Below, in pieces: positions 51,812-64,000 of a stretch of 64,000 bases of DNA; position 1 is the first letter of the stretch, and each line of letters starts with the position of its first letter. The position numbers were made by a program, and so were the translations under genes. This stretch comes from Mobula hypostoma (lineage: Eukaryota), in contig NC_086097.1 of the NCBI RefSeq assembly GCF_963921235.1, forward strand, positions 62,188,001-62,252,000, read 5' to 3'. The notes under the pieces were generated by a model. It was given only the letters and a program-made list of their open reading frames with translations, did no database searches and was not told the origin of the DNA.

Positions 51812-52054
51812 CGACTGGTGGCACAGTGACATCAGCGCCGGACTCCGGAACGGAGGTTCCTGGGTTCGAATCCAGTTGGGCCACTCCCAAGTACGCTTTC
51901 CATCCGTTCTGGGTTGAGTGTTGAGCTCACAACTCGACCTCGTAAAAATAAAAGAAAAATATTGCAAAATGTTTGTGTGAGGAGTGGCGCCCCACACAGC
52001 CTTCCAATCTGCACCTTGTAAGGCATGAAAATGCCTGACGCTGGCCTCTCATCG
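51812..52054 (+). mobile_element. tRNA-derived SINE (non-V family) with 6-bp TSD
   Basis: A-box tggcacagtga; perfect B-box ggttcgaatcc (51863-51873); TSD tgacat at 51806-51811 and 52055-52060. Confidence 0.8.
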
Positions 52055-54391
52055 TGACATACCTATTCATAATGTTCAGGTGATCCAAGGCCACATGGAG
52101 AGCCATTGTTATCATGTCTACCATAGACCTAATGTAAGAGGTTATTGTGGCACCACTCAGCCACTTTTCCAATCTCCCTCCTGAATGCTGATTCATCACC
52201 ACCTTTGATTTGGTTACAGCAGTAGTGTCATGAGCATACTTCAATATAGCATTGGGGCTCTGCTTAACCTCACAGTCATAAGTGTAAAGTGAATAGTGCA
52301 GGGAGGCAAGCACCTGTCCTGATGGAAATTGTGAAGGACTGGTATCTGCAAATGAGGAAATCAAGGGTCCAATTGTACAAGGAGATATTGATGCCAAGGT
52401 CTTGAAACCTATTTCTATTATGGTTATTGGATTTACTGAGTATGACCGTAAGAAAACAAATCTCAGGGTTGTATATGATGACAAATATGTATCTTGAAAA
52501 TAAATTTACTTTGAACTTTGAACATCAACTCTGCTTCCAGCCTCCACCAAAGTGGCTCTCCATGGGTTCTATGAAATCAGACATTCCAGACCAGCTGACC
52601 AAATGGGACCTTGTTGACAACCTTGCTAATGTCCAAATAAACAACATCCACTGCACTATGCTCATCTACCTGTTTGGTTGCCTCTCAAAACTCTCTAAAA
52701 TATTTGGCAAGTACAACTTACCATACACAAAGCCATGCTGACTCACTTTAATCAATCTCTGTCTATCCAAATGCTGATAGAATCTTTCCTGCAAAATTTC
52801 CTCTTATAATTTACTTACTACTGATGTTAGTGTTGAATCAGAAAGTCTGCAATGCACCAAGACAGAAAATGAGGTGTTGTTTTTCAAGTTTACATTGGGG
52901 CTCATTGTCACAGCACAGAAGGCCGCAAGTCAATACCAATAGATCAGAGTGAGAGCAGCATGGGGTATTTATGTGGCAGGCAATGGACGCTCAGGATCAC
53001 CTCGGAGTACTGAGTACTGTAGGTGTTCACCAACTGCATTTGGTTTCTCCAACTTAAGGTGTACTGCTTTGTGAACACGAAATGCAATTCAGCAGTTTTA
53101 ATCTCAACACTAAAGTGCATCCACCAGCAGGCCATCGAATAGACTACATTGCAAAAATTACAACTTTAATTACGTGTTTTAATGTTGCCTTAAAACAACC
53201 TAAGAATCAAATATGTTGCTGTGGTCATGAGGATTAACAGGGCATGTGGAATACAAAGATCCTAACAATCCCAAACAGCCATGCGCACTGACTAGCAGAA
53301 AAGAAAATGGCAATTCACTTCTCTTGTCATCTCAAATATCTGAAAATAAGGCACAGAAATAAATATTAAACACCTGTCATAAGAATTACCCCATTGCCTA
53401 GTTATCACGTATCACTGCATAGTCAATAGTAACTCTGCCTTTAGCTAATTATCACAAACTTGCATTTTCTACACTGTTGAACATTCTGCACAATGAGCAA
53501 AGCAAAAATTAAGTCTTTTATTACCAAACAGACTGGATGAATTTAAATGAGTCAACTTTCCCCACATTGTACACGTAGTAATACATGAGTGATAAAAGTG
53601 ACAGTGATGTAACATTAAATACTTAGGCTTGCTCATTAGCACTGGTTTACAGAACAAGCCTCATGGTCACAAGTAAAACAAAGGCAAAAAATATAAATGG
53701 AATGAAGTGCTATTTTCTTTGGAGAACTTATTGACCAAAAGCTAATTATTTAGCATTGACAGACATATGGAGCATTGACAGTAATAACTTTTTCATGTTT
53801 GATTCAGTAAGTTAAAGCTAGTGTCCATAACGTCATACCTACCAATCTCTAACTGTGCGTAAGATCATCTACTTTATCCTGTATACTGTGTATATTCAAA
53901 TATAACACCTTCAGACCACTACTCATCACCCTTTTCAATGTTCCCTGGTATACTGCAACTTATTCCACTGAGCAATTTTACCCAGTCGTCTCCCTGTCCT
54001 TCCTGACAGTAATACTGCACATTGCCTCTTCTTGTATACCAACTGCCTGACTCTCACCCCTATCCCTCAGTTTCCCAACCCCCTGTCAAATTAGTTAAGG
54101 CAGAGTAGTCGTATTTAAAGGTAACCATCACAGTCCATGCCTTCCTGTCAGATTGCTGGCGGGAGGTAAGAGTAGGCTCCCTCACCTCTGCCCCTCTAAC
54201 CCTCAACACAGATGTCCCTCAGGGCTGTGTCCTAAGCCCCCCCTTTATACTCTGTATACCTATGACTGTGTCGCCACTCACAGCTCCAATCTGCAAATTA
54301 AATTTGCTGACAACATTACACTGATTGGCCTAATCTCAAATAATAATGAGGTAGCCTACAGAGAAGAAGTCATCACCCCGACACATTGAGG

Positions 54392-54489
54392 AAGTCCTGA
54401 CGAAGGGTCTCGGCCCGAAATGTTGACTGTACCTCTTCCTATAGATGCTGCCTGGCCTGCTGCGTTCACCAGCAACTTTGATGTGTGTT
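54392..54489 (+). mobile_element. 98-bp Penelope-derived insertion (hammerhead plus short 3' tail) with 9-bp TSD
   Basis: TSD acattgagg at 54383-54391 and 54490-54498; the insert matches 39117-39213. Confidence 0.9.
54393..54428 (+). ncRNA. Minimal hammerhead motif with CpG decay in stem III
   Basis: agtc CTGACGA a gggt ctcg gccc GAAA tg TT gact. Confidence 0.65.
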
Positions 54490-55251
54490 ACATTGAGGGA
54501 GAGGTTGTTTTCTTGACACCACTGTGTCAGGAGCTGGTTGTGGACTACAGGAAGAATGGAGACGGGCTAGCCTCTGTTGACATCAATATATCTGGAGTTG
54601 AGAGGGTGAACAGTTTTAAGTTCTTCAGCATAATCATCACCGAGGATCTCACTAAGTCTGTACATACCGGCTGTGTGGTGAAAAAGGCACAACAGTGCTT
54701 CTCTCACTTCAGATGGTTGAAGAAGTTTGGCATGGGTCCCCAAATCCTAAGAATTGTCTATCGGGGCACAATTGAGAGTATCCCGATTGGCTGTATCACT
54801 GCCTGGTATAGGAACTGTACTTCCCTCAATCGCAGGACTCTGCAGAGAGTGGTGCAGACAGCCCAGCGCACCTGTAGATGTGAACTTCCCACTATTCAGG
54901 ACGTTTACAAAGACAGGTGTGTAAAAAGGGCCCAAAGGATCATTGGGGACCTGAATCACTCCAACCACAAACTGCTTCAGCTGTTACCATCCGGGAAACA
55001 GTACCACAGCATAAAAGCCAGGACCAACAGGCTTCAGGACAGCTTCTTCCACCAGGCCATCAGACTGATTAACTCATGCTGACACAACTGTATTTCTATG
55101 TTATATTGACTATCCTGTTGTACATACTATTTATTATAATTTACTATAAATTGCACATTACATATTTAGATGTAGACGTAACATGAAGATTTTTTACTCC
55201 TCATGTACAAATGTTGTATATGAAGGATATAAGTAATAAAGTCAATTCAGG

Positions 55252-55600
55252 TCAGTTCAGGAGCCGGATAGTTGTAGGGTAACAACTGTTCCCTCGAACT
55301 GGTGGTATGGGACCCAAGTAGTCTCCTTCCAGTGGTTGTAGTAAGAAGAGGGTACGGCCTGGATGGTGAGGGTCTTTGATGATGGATACTGTTTTCTTGT
55401 GGCAATGCACCATATAAATGTACTCAATGGTGAGGAGTGCTTTGTCTGTGATGGACTGGGCTGCGTTCACCACTTTGTGTAGCCATTTCTGTATCTGTTC
55501 ATTGGTGTTTCCATAACAGGCTGTAATGCAGCCACAACTGTCACTCTCCACTGTGCATCTATAGAAATTTGTCAAAGTTTTTGGTAACATGCCAAGTCTG
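55252..55600 (-). mobile_element. Rex1/Babar 3' ORF fragment
   Basis: KTLTNFYRCTVES...CITACYGN...IIKDPHHPG...TTIRLLN. Confidence 0.75.
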
Positions 55601-56004
55601 AATAACCTGTTGTTATTTTTATCTCACAGCCCTATGACCAGCAGTGAGATCTCAGCTGTGGGAACAGAGGGGAGTACAGGTGAAACATTAAATGCACTGA
55701 GCGTGTTCCAAGTTTACCACATATTATTCAGTGGGTATTGGAAAAGGCATGGTGTTCACTATGGAAAGGCTCCCACTGTACATTTAAAATGTAGGCTTGA
55801 ACTTTATTGTAGCTTTGCAGAGGACTGGAAAACCGAGCATGAAATTGAGCTGGGTGTACATGCACTGCACTTTTTCTGTAACTGTAACACTATATTCTGC
55901 ATTACATTTTCCTTTTCACTATCTTGATGTGGACTGTCTAGATGGCGCACAAACCAAAGTTTTTCACAGTACCTCAGTACATGTGACAATAACTTACATT
56001 TTTT

Positions 56005-56265
56005 TGAGATAAACATGGAACAGGCCTTTCTAGCCCAATGAGCTGTGCTGCCTGGCAATTCACCAATTTTAACCCTAGCCTAAACACAGGACAATTTACA
56101 AAAACCAAGTGATCTACTAACTGGTACATCTTTGGACTGTGGGAGGAATCCCACGCAGTAACGGGGAGAACATACAAACTACTTACAGACATCGCCGAAG
56201 TTGAACTCCAAAACCCAACGTCCCAAGCTGTATAGGGTCACACTAGCCTCTATGCCACCATGGTA
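56005..56265 (-). mobile_element. V-SINE
   Basis: Minus strand gagttcaacttc...gtttgtatgttctccccgt...ttcctcccacagtccaaaga. Confidence 0.7.
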
Positions 56266-56899
56266 CATAATAACTAATTCTACTTCTAGATGAGAGCTTC
56301 TGGCTCAATTTTGTTCAGAATTTCAGCCTTCCTCAAAACTCCACCCTCCACAAATCCCTCTCCAAACCCCTTCTCTGGAAGGCGAAGCTGAGTTTCTTCC
56401 CTGGTGCTCTGAAAGCTAACCTCTCCTCCTTTACATTTTCAACCACTTCCCTCCCATTGTCAATCCCACCATTCCCCACCAGCAGTTTATTGCTGCTGGA
56501 ATTCTCCGTTGCCGTGAAGTCTCCTTTCTTATTTTGTTAGTTCTTGGGCTACAAGTAGTTAACAATGACTTACAGCCATGAAGCACAGCAGGAACTCTAC
56601 CATGTTGAGTGCTTCACTAATTCTTGGCCTTACCTGTGGAAAGTGTGACTATAACCTTCATCTCAGCATTGATGTGCTCATTAACAAATACTCTTGCATC
56701 TGGAATCGCTCTCATTGTATTACCAACTCTTCATATATATATATATATATATATTAAAAAACTGCATAATTTACAAGTCCAGCAGAAGTTTGCTACATTG
56801 AATCTCATAAACGCAGTGATCCAAAGAATATTTTCTACTCTGGTCTTTCAAGAGGTGCAAAGTGCAATGTGCTTCTATAATTTAGGCAAATAATTGACC

Positions 56900-57600
56900 C
56901 AGATATGAAATTTAAACTGACTTGGGGGCAAATAACAAAGAAAGGATAAAGGGTTGCTCCTCAAATTATTAGGTGAATTATGGTGTCTTGTGTGTTGTCA
57001 TTTATATTTGTAGAATAAATAACCATGAGCTCCCTAAAGAAGGAAAAAATAATAAACTGGAGCCTCGTCATTGAGCCCATTAAAAATCTGTGTCAGTTCA
57101 ACTACTATTCAGTAGAAAGAATTTTGATGATTGTACAGAAAGCCCTGTTTCCATGTTTGCTGATGATGGAAAGTAACATGGAAATTTAAACTGTCTGGGT
57201 GGAATTACTAGTATTAATCGGTAGAGCGATGGACAAAACTCTAGCAATCGGATTACCTTCTGGACTGATCTGAGATTTAGTCTAGGCCTTAAGTGGGCGG
57301 AATAATAAAATTGCTAACTGCTAAAGAGTTCAGAGCTGTGGAGGTCAAATGGGATTAGGTCTCCTTGTACATAGATCAGTAAAATATCTTGAGCAGATAA
57401 AAGATCGAAAAGGTTAATAGAATACTGGCCTTCACATTTTAAAGAATGGAAGACAAGGTGCTACAATCTAATCAGGGAACAAAAGATCCTGTTTAAAACA
57501 CATCTCGATTACTGTCTTCAACTTAATGCACCACACTTTAGGAAGGATTCATTAGCCCTGAAGAGTATTTGGACTTGGACATCATGAATTAAACTACAAT
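56900..57600 (+). mobile_element. Ancient CR1 RT remnant
   Basis: tttgctgatgat (FADD) near 57156, then gcaccacactttaggaagga-like remnants. Confidence 0.45.
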
Positions 57601-58904
57601 AAGAAAACACTGGGGTGGGGGTTCCAGTTTCTCTTGTAAGCAGAAGTGATTGAACTCACTGCATGCGCTGGGCAGCAATTCTCCCCAAATCACGAATTTC
57701 TGCCCACAGTATACAGTGATGCTTGAAAATGATGCTTTTGGCAGAAAAAATAATGGGATTTAGTGGGAGCGTAGGAGCTTCACTAATGTGTAGGATGTTG
57801 AGCAGAAACAAGCAGCAGTGGTGAGAGGGGTAAGTGGAAGGCTGTGGAAAAGATAAGAGCATGAGCATGAAACATGACGAGAGTCCTGATTAGAAAATGG
57901 CAGAGTTGCAGTCAAAGACAGTACAAAATGTTAATCTGCCTTTTGGCATTCCACTTTGCTTGGCTTATTTGGGTGAGGGAAATGAAATAAATATTTAGTT
58001 CTGGAATTCTGCATGTTCTTGTCTTAAAGTGAAAAAAAAACCTGATATTTCTCCTTTAAATTAATCTTCCTCAGATTTAAAGCCTGAGAGTGCCTTTGCA
58101 GGCTTTAATTTGTCACAAAGGCAGTGAAAGACCTTACTCTTCATTCATTGTCTAGGTCAGACACAATATTACCAAGCAAAGCTATGGCTGTCTTACCAGT
58201 TTGCCTTAGACACTTTCCAAGGACTGCATGGGATCTTAACCTTACCTAGTTCCTCAGAGCAAATGATTAAATCAAATTTCCCACTGACAGGAGAAAGCAA
58301 CAATATTTTTTCTCTTCTATTCTCTCTCTCTCTCTCTCTCTCTATTAAATGCCAATATTTGTAAAATAATAAAATGATGCAGAGATTAACAGTGTGCTGC
58401 ATAATTGATCTTTCGGTATAATTAATCTGATTTGGAATAACATGATTATGATTTTAAATTAACTGGACCCAGGTGTGAACTTCAGTGGAACTGTTCTCCA
58501 GAACATCTTATGTAGTGAAGGCTAATTCAATTAATTGATTTGAGCAAGAGGGGAATCCGTTTTTATCTAGGACAATTTATCACTTCCTCCAAATCCCAGA
58601 CATTTCTGAATATTCAGGGTTATTTCTGAGACGTGTTTCAGCAACCAATTAAGGTTGAAAAAAATCCTCAAATTCCATCCCCCACCTCACCTTGAATTCA
58701 TTATCATTTCCTCCCTCAGGGTTATTTATTCTATAAACATAAATTACACTATCTAAGGCATCACAGTATTGTAGGGTAGGGCACAGATTTCCTTTAACTG
58801 TCCATCATTGTTCAAACTTCAGATTCAAATTAACGATAGATTGAGAACTTTGGACCCAAAATTTTGTATGCAGATTTACTCTAATCTTTTATCATTTTTT
58901 CAAG

Positions 58905-59590
58905 AGGAATCTATGGAAACGAATAATGATTCAGTGTTTTAGGCTTAGGCCCTTCTTTCTAAGTGGGAAGAAAGGTGAAAAACGCCAGAATAAAATGCTG
59001 GGGGAGACATGAAATGAGGACTTGTTAGAAGGTGATAGGTGAAGCCATGTGGGTGAGAACGAGAAAGGACTGGAGAAGAAGGAATCTGAGAGGCCTCCAA
59101 CCTGATTTAAGCAGCAATACCTCATATTTCATCTAGGTAGCCTCCAACCTGAGGGCATGATCATTCATTTCTCTTTCTGGTAAAAAAAATTGATTCCCTC
59201 CTCCTTTCCTCTTCTTCTATTCCCCAAAATTGTCTGTTACCTCTTCTCCTCAACTGCTTATCACCTTCCCCTGGTGCCTCACCTTCTTCCCTTTCTCCTG
59301 TGGTCCACTGTCCTCTTCTTCTTCTTTCAGATTCAATCTCGTCTCAGATTCCTTCAGTTCCTGCCCCCACCTGGTTTCACCTATCACCTTCTAGCTAGTC
59401 CTCCTTTATCTCCTCCCAGCTTTTTTAATCTGACATCTTCCCCTTTCCTTTCCAGCCCTGAAGAAGGGTCTTGTCCCAAAACTTTGACTGTTCATTCATT
59501 TCCATAGATGCAGCATGACCTACTAAGCTCCACCACAATTTTGTGTGCCTGGCTCTGAATTTCCAGCATCTGCAGAATCTCTTGTTTTTA
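58905..59590 (+). mobile_element. Older Penelope copy with inverted 5' segment
   Basis: An antisense pLTR piece at 58905-59095 precedes a sense GIY-YIG end (QQYLIFHLGSLQPEGM) and a pLTR with ccagccCTGAAGAagggtcttgtcccAAAActttgactg at ~59452-59490. Confidence 0.65.
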
Positions 59591-61059
59591 CAGATTTTCT
59601 ATTTAGCAGTCTTTATTCATCCTTAAGACCTAAGGGACAGTTTCTTCAGGATCATGGATTACAGTTATTCTTTCATTCATGAATCTGTGGTGACTCTCAA
59701 TTCAACAAAGATTTAATAAGCTCAGAATCTTTACAGAACTACCATCTAAAATAATCTTGTGCATCTTTCTAGGTCAGTGGGAATTGTGTAGTAAAATCAA
59801 AGTACAATTTAAAAAGAAATTGCTGGAGACATTCAGCAGTCCAAGCCATATCTTGGGAGAGAAAATAAATAATTCTTAATAAATAAATTATTCAATGTGA
59901 ATATTTCAGTTTGGTGCTCATTGGTAAAGTTAGAAAGCAGTCAGAGGTGAGAGAGCAAAGAATGACATGGAGACCAAGAGAAAATGGAAGATACAGATTA
60001 GTATTAACCTAAAAAGAATGAAGAATTGGAAAAGCAACTAATTTCTTGAGAAGGAATGCATATAGGGAAAAACAGAGAAGAGAGATAGAAAATACAATAT
60101 TGAAACTTTGAGATACCGATAATAGCAGTTGATGGAAATCTGAAATAAAGGATTATTCTGGGAAAGCCCAGAAGGTCAGGCAGTACCTGTGGAGACAGAA
60201 ATATGTTTTACAATAGAAATGACCATGCATTAAAGTAAAGAATTCCAAATTAAACACAGAAAATGCTAGAGACACTCAGGAACCAAGGCAGAATAGGTGG
60301 AGAGAGAAACTGAGCTGCTACCCCAGAACAATGATGTTTTATGTTGGCAACTATGAAAGGTCAGCAATCAGAACCCCACTGTAAACCCCAGCATTTCATT
60401 CTTCTGCATCAGTTAAGTCACAGCTGAACCCAGAGGGTTGATTTATCCTGTAACAGAAATTGAGGTGTTGTTCCTCAGGCTTATGTTGGGAATCATTGCA
60501 ACAGTTCAAGAAGTTCCCTACCTTAGAGAAAGCATTTTAGATTATCTTGGATGTGTTTTAGCTGCAAAAATGGATACTTGAAAATTAAGTTGGATGAAAG
60601 CATGCAGGGCTCTTCATGGAAAGATTGCAATAAATGTTGCAAATAGTACAGGAAAACAGCACCTGTTGGATAGAATCAAAGCATCCTGACAGGAAACTAT
60701 TCTCAGTGAGGCTTCTGGTGTATTTTGACACTGTAGTTTTTGTGTTTACAGCACATTAACGGCAATACATTGATACCCATTCCACACCTCCTTTGCCATG
60801 TGCTTTGCCATTCCAATCCTTAAATCAGGAATCAGGGCCTTTCCGTCTTTACTGTTCTTCTGTCTGGGCATGATGCAGCCTTCCTGTCTCAATATCAAAT
60901 TCTCCAAGTTTAGGTTACTCACTTATTCTTTCTGTCTGTTACAGAACTGGACTTTCCTGTCTGTCATCATTTTTGACATAGTATTTTTAATTTTATTTCA
61001 GTATAGTCTTGTCTACTGAGTTTATTCAATAGTCTTGTTATTAACCACATGAAATATAA

Positions 61060-61430
61060 AGAATCAGGATTAGGTTTAATATCACTGGCATATGTCATGA
61101 AATTTGTTATTATGCAGCAACAGTACAATGCAATACACAATAATAAAAACTGAAAAATACAGTGATATATAATACAGTATATATATATTAAAATGTTAAA
61201 TTAAATAACCTGTGCAAAGAGAGCAAAAGAGGTACTGAGGTAGTGTTCATGGGTTCAATGTCCATTCAGAAATCTGATGACAGAGGGGAAGAAAATATTC
61301 CTGAATCATTTAGTGTGCCTTCAGGCTCCTGTACCTCCTCCTTGATGGTAACAATGAGAAGAGGACATGTCCTAGGGGATGGGCTCCTTAATGATGGATG
61401 CTGCCTTTTTGAGGCATCACTCCTTGAAAC
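61060..61430 (-). mobile_element. Rex1/Babar 3' fragment
   Basis: Similar to 50645-51030. Confidence 0.65.
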
Positions 61431-63319
61431 TTGATATATTTCTAACTGTTATCTGATCTCACCTTATCAATAATGTTTTCTTCGACCTACAGATGCTTTC
61501 TGATCCTCCATCCCGTGGAAAAGTAACTTGCTTTCTCTCTTCACCAGTTCTGACAAATGGCCTCAGACCTGAAGCATTAACTGCTTCTCATTCCACAGTT
61601 ACCATAACCTGTTGAATGTTTCCAACATTTCTTGTTTTATTTTGGAGTTCCACCTTTTTCTTTAAAGCTTTTTTCACTTACTGTAAGAAAAGTATGCAGC
61701 ACAAGTCAATATGTCACCCAATAAACTCATGGTCCTGTAAGATAATTTTCTGTGCCATTCCCACCAAGTCCTGGAATAATATTACCAGGGACATAGATAA
61801 GTTTGGTACATGGACAGGAAAGATTTAGAGACACATGGGCCTATGCACGCAAACTAGCTCAGTTAGGCAATTTGGTTAGCATGGACAAGTTGGCCAAGAG
61901 GCCTGGATTCCATGTTGTATGTAGCTCTTTGACCCATTGAATTGCACAATTAGGAGAGTGAGTTGGGGAAGTCTTCATGTGCCCTGGTACAATCCCAATC
62001 AGAGCTGAAATCAGGTTGATCGAAACTAAAGACCAATAATCTAACAATAAAGAACACACAGTCTCTTTGTGTGATGTCCCACCTAGTATGATGCTGCATT
62101 CATGCTCAGCACACACATTGCAGCAGTTCATTGAGGGATGACCAGTAAACTTCAACAACACCTCTGATGCCCACATTCCAAGAATGAATTAAAAGCTATA
62201 CAAATGGATTAAAAATCAGGAATAGGGCCAGTGCCATCATTAAGTCCTTCAATGTCCATCACATAGAAGCATACATCTTATTTTGCAAATTTGAAATCCT
62301 AGTTATAGCTTTGCCAGAAACACTGTTGTGATCATTAATCAAATGATGTGAAAATCTTATTCATCTTAGTCCACAATCTCCAACTTTTCATAGGCTAATA
62401 ATGATCAGCATGTTTGCACTCCACATATCATGTTCAAGATATTTTATTCACAGATGTGTTTCTGCTATTATTTTCACATCCTTTTCTAATTCTTGCTGGA
62501 TTTTTATTAGCTTTTATGCATCAATCAATATAATTGCTTTGATGAGAAGTAAGTTAAACTTTCTCTTTTATGTGGCTCTGTTGCTGTGGCAATTGTAATA
62601 TGAGCATAGGCCTAATGAAGATATTCCTTCCTTTTGCTTCGAACCTTCAATCTTTTACAATGCACTTATTTAAGTAACATCACAGAAGCCTGGACCTACC
62701 AATGCACTGCTCTGTACTCTTTTGAAATAATCATGTCCTTTGCCGACCCAATTATAATTTGCAAGTTGGAAACCTATGCCTTTTGCAGACAAGCTTCAGG
62801 AATTGGATGAATTTTCATTGAGATCTGAGCCAGATGGCAGTGAAAAGCAGAACAATGAACAAGAATGCAGGGTGTCTTTATGCTGAGCATTCTTTGCAAA
62901 AAGAATACAACTCCTTTCACAGTTCTAGGATGATTTAAATTCAAGATAAATTCCAATGCTGTAAAATTAAACTGTAATTACTGTTGCACTGTAGGAAATG
63001 CAGCCATTTTTAACAAAGCAAGATTTCACGTATTGAAATACTGACAAAATAATTTACCCACTTGATGGTACCTAATCTAATAATCTCTAATTAAGCATGC
63101 AGTAGGAAATCAGAGGGAGGAATCTGCATAAATTCAATGTTGTTACGTTCAATTGTGAGGTCACAAGTTTATTCTCTGTGCTCAGAAGTATTTTTTTACG
63201 TTCCGTTATGTGCAAACAGCTGACAAATTATATTTGTTAGCCAATACAAAATGTACAATTTTTGTTGGCTAGAACATATGGTACCTTAATGCAGTATAAT
63301 TGATTATTGATTACAGAAG

Positions 63320-64000
63320 GAAGGAACTGAAGTTCATGAGCCAGTCCTCATGGAGGAGACAATCAGTAACTTTAAATTCCTTGGCATCATCATATCAAAG
63401 GATCTGTCTTGGGACCATCACGTCCTGTAATTGACATCACAAAGAAGGCACAACTGCTCTACTGTTTTAGAAATGTGCACAGATTGGCATGTGATCTAAA
63501 ATTTTGGCAAACTTCTACAGATGTAGAGTGGAGAGCATCTTGACTGGTTGCATCATGATCTGGTATGTAAACACCAATGTCCATGAAAAGCCTACAAAAT
63601 ATGGTGGACACAGGCAAAGCTCTCGCCACCATTGAGCCCATCTACAAAGAGCACTGCCAGAAAAAAGTTGCACCTATCATCAAGGAATCTCATCTTCCAT
63701 GCCATGTGCTCTTCTCACTGTTGCCATTGGGATGGAGATACACCATGAGGTTCTAACAGTTATTACCCTTCAACTCTAGGCCCCTGAACCAACATGGATC
63801 ATTTCACTCAACTCAGCTCTGAACTGGTTCTGCAACCTATGGACTCACTTTCAAGGACTCCTCAGTTTATGTTTTCAGTATTATTTATTTATTTGATTGT
63901 TCGTCTGTTTGTTTATTTACTTGCACAGTTTATCTTCATTTTCTCATTGATTGTCAGTCTTTGTGTGCAGTTTTGCATAGATTCCATTGTTTTCCTTTGT
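63320..64000 (+). mobile_element. Rex1/Babar 3' fragment
   Basis: aactttaaattccttggc...aaacttctacagatgtagagtggagagcatcttgactggttgcatc; 3' UTR shared with other copies. Confidence 0.75.

Larger units (their letters stand above)
49782..52420 (-). mobile_element. Nested minus-strand Rex1/Babar copies (a second copy at ~50645-52120 inside the first)
   Basis: The outer copy has an (aagttc)n tail at 49782 and breaks at gctgacattaagtaaga (50647), resuming gtaagaggttattgtggcacc (~52134). The inner copy has a (gaatca)n tail and GTPQGSVLSPLL...FCDDTT. Confidence 0.72.
54150..55250 (+). mobile_element. Rex1/Babar RT 3' part with a micro-inversion and a hammerhead insert
   Basis: YTLYTYDC, IKFADN, ELVVDYRK, LQDSFFHQAIRLIN; aataaagtcaattca end. 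Confidence 0.85.

Noticed and set aside
51812..51885. Functional tRNA gene
   Set aside because: A/B boxes are present, but no complete acceptor stem is evident and it continues into a TSD-flanked SINE body.
4581..54489. Recurrent ~90-bp repeat as a CRISPR or satellite array
   Set aside because: Copies are dispersed, on both strands and TSD-flanked, and match the Penelope pLTR; there is no repeat-spacer structure.
62774..62960. Minus-strand 60-aa ORF behind an acceptor-like site
   Set aside because: No recognisable protein features and no supporting neighbouring exons.

Overview
Eukaryotic, repeat-saturated, apparently intronic or intergenic DNA with no recognisable host gene. The mix of V-SINEs, CR1, Rex1/Babar, Neptune-type Penelope and piggyBac suggests a cartilaginous fish (inference, not verified). 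Every long ORF is transposon-derived: L1, CR1 and Rex1/Babar LINE pieces, a Penelope GIY-YIG endonuclease, a broken piggyBac with TTAA sites and TIRs, a deleted Gypsy element and a solo LTR, often nested. The most interesting signal is RNA structure. (1) A 582-bp non-coding, TSD-flanked, RTE-like retroposon (13469-14050) begins with a near-complete HDV-like ribozyme fold carrying an unusual extra stem-loop in L3, and its predicted cleavage site falls at the element's 5' end. (2) A Penelope family carries minimal hammerhead ribozyme motifs. It occurs as an inverted-pLTR copy, a 230-bp palindrome and a 98-bp hammerhead-only insertion with its own TSD. All folds were read by eye and have not been computed or tested.
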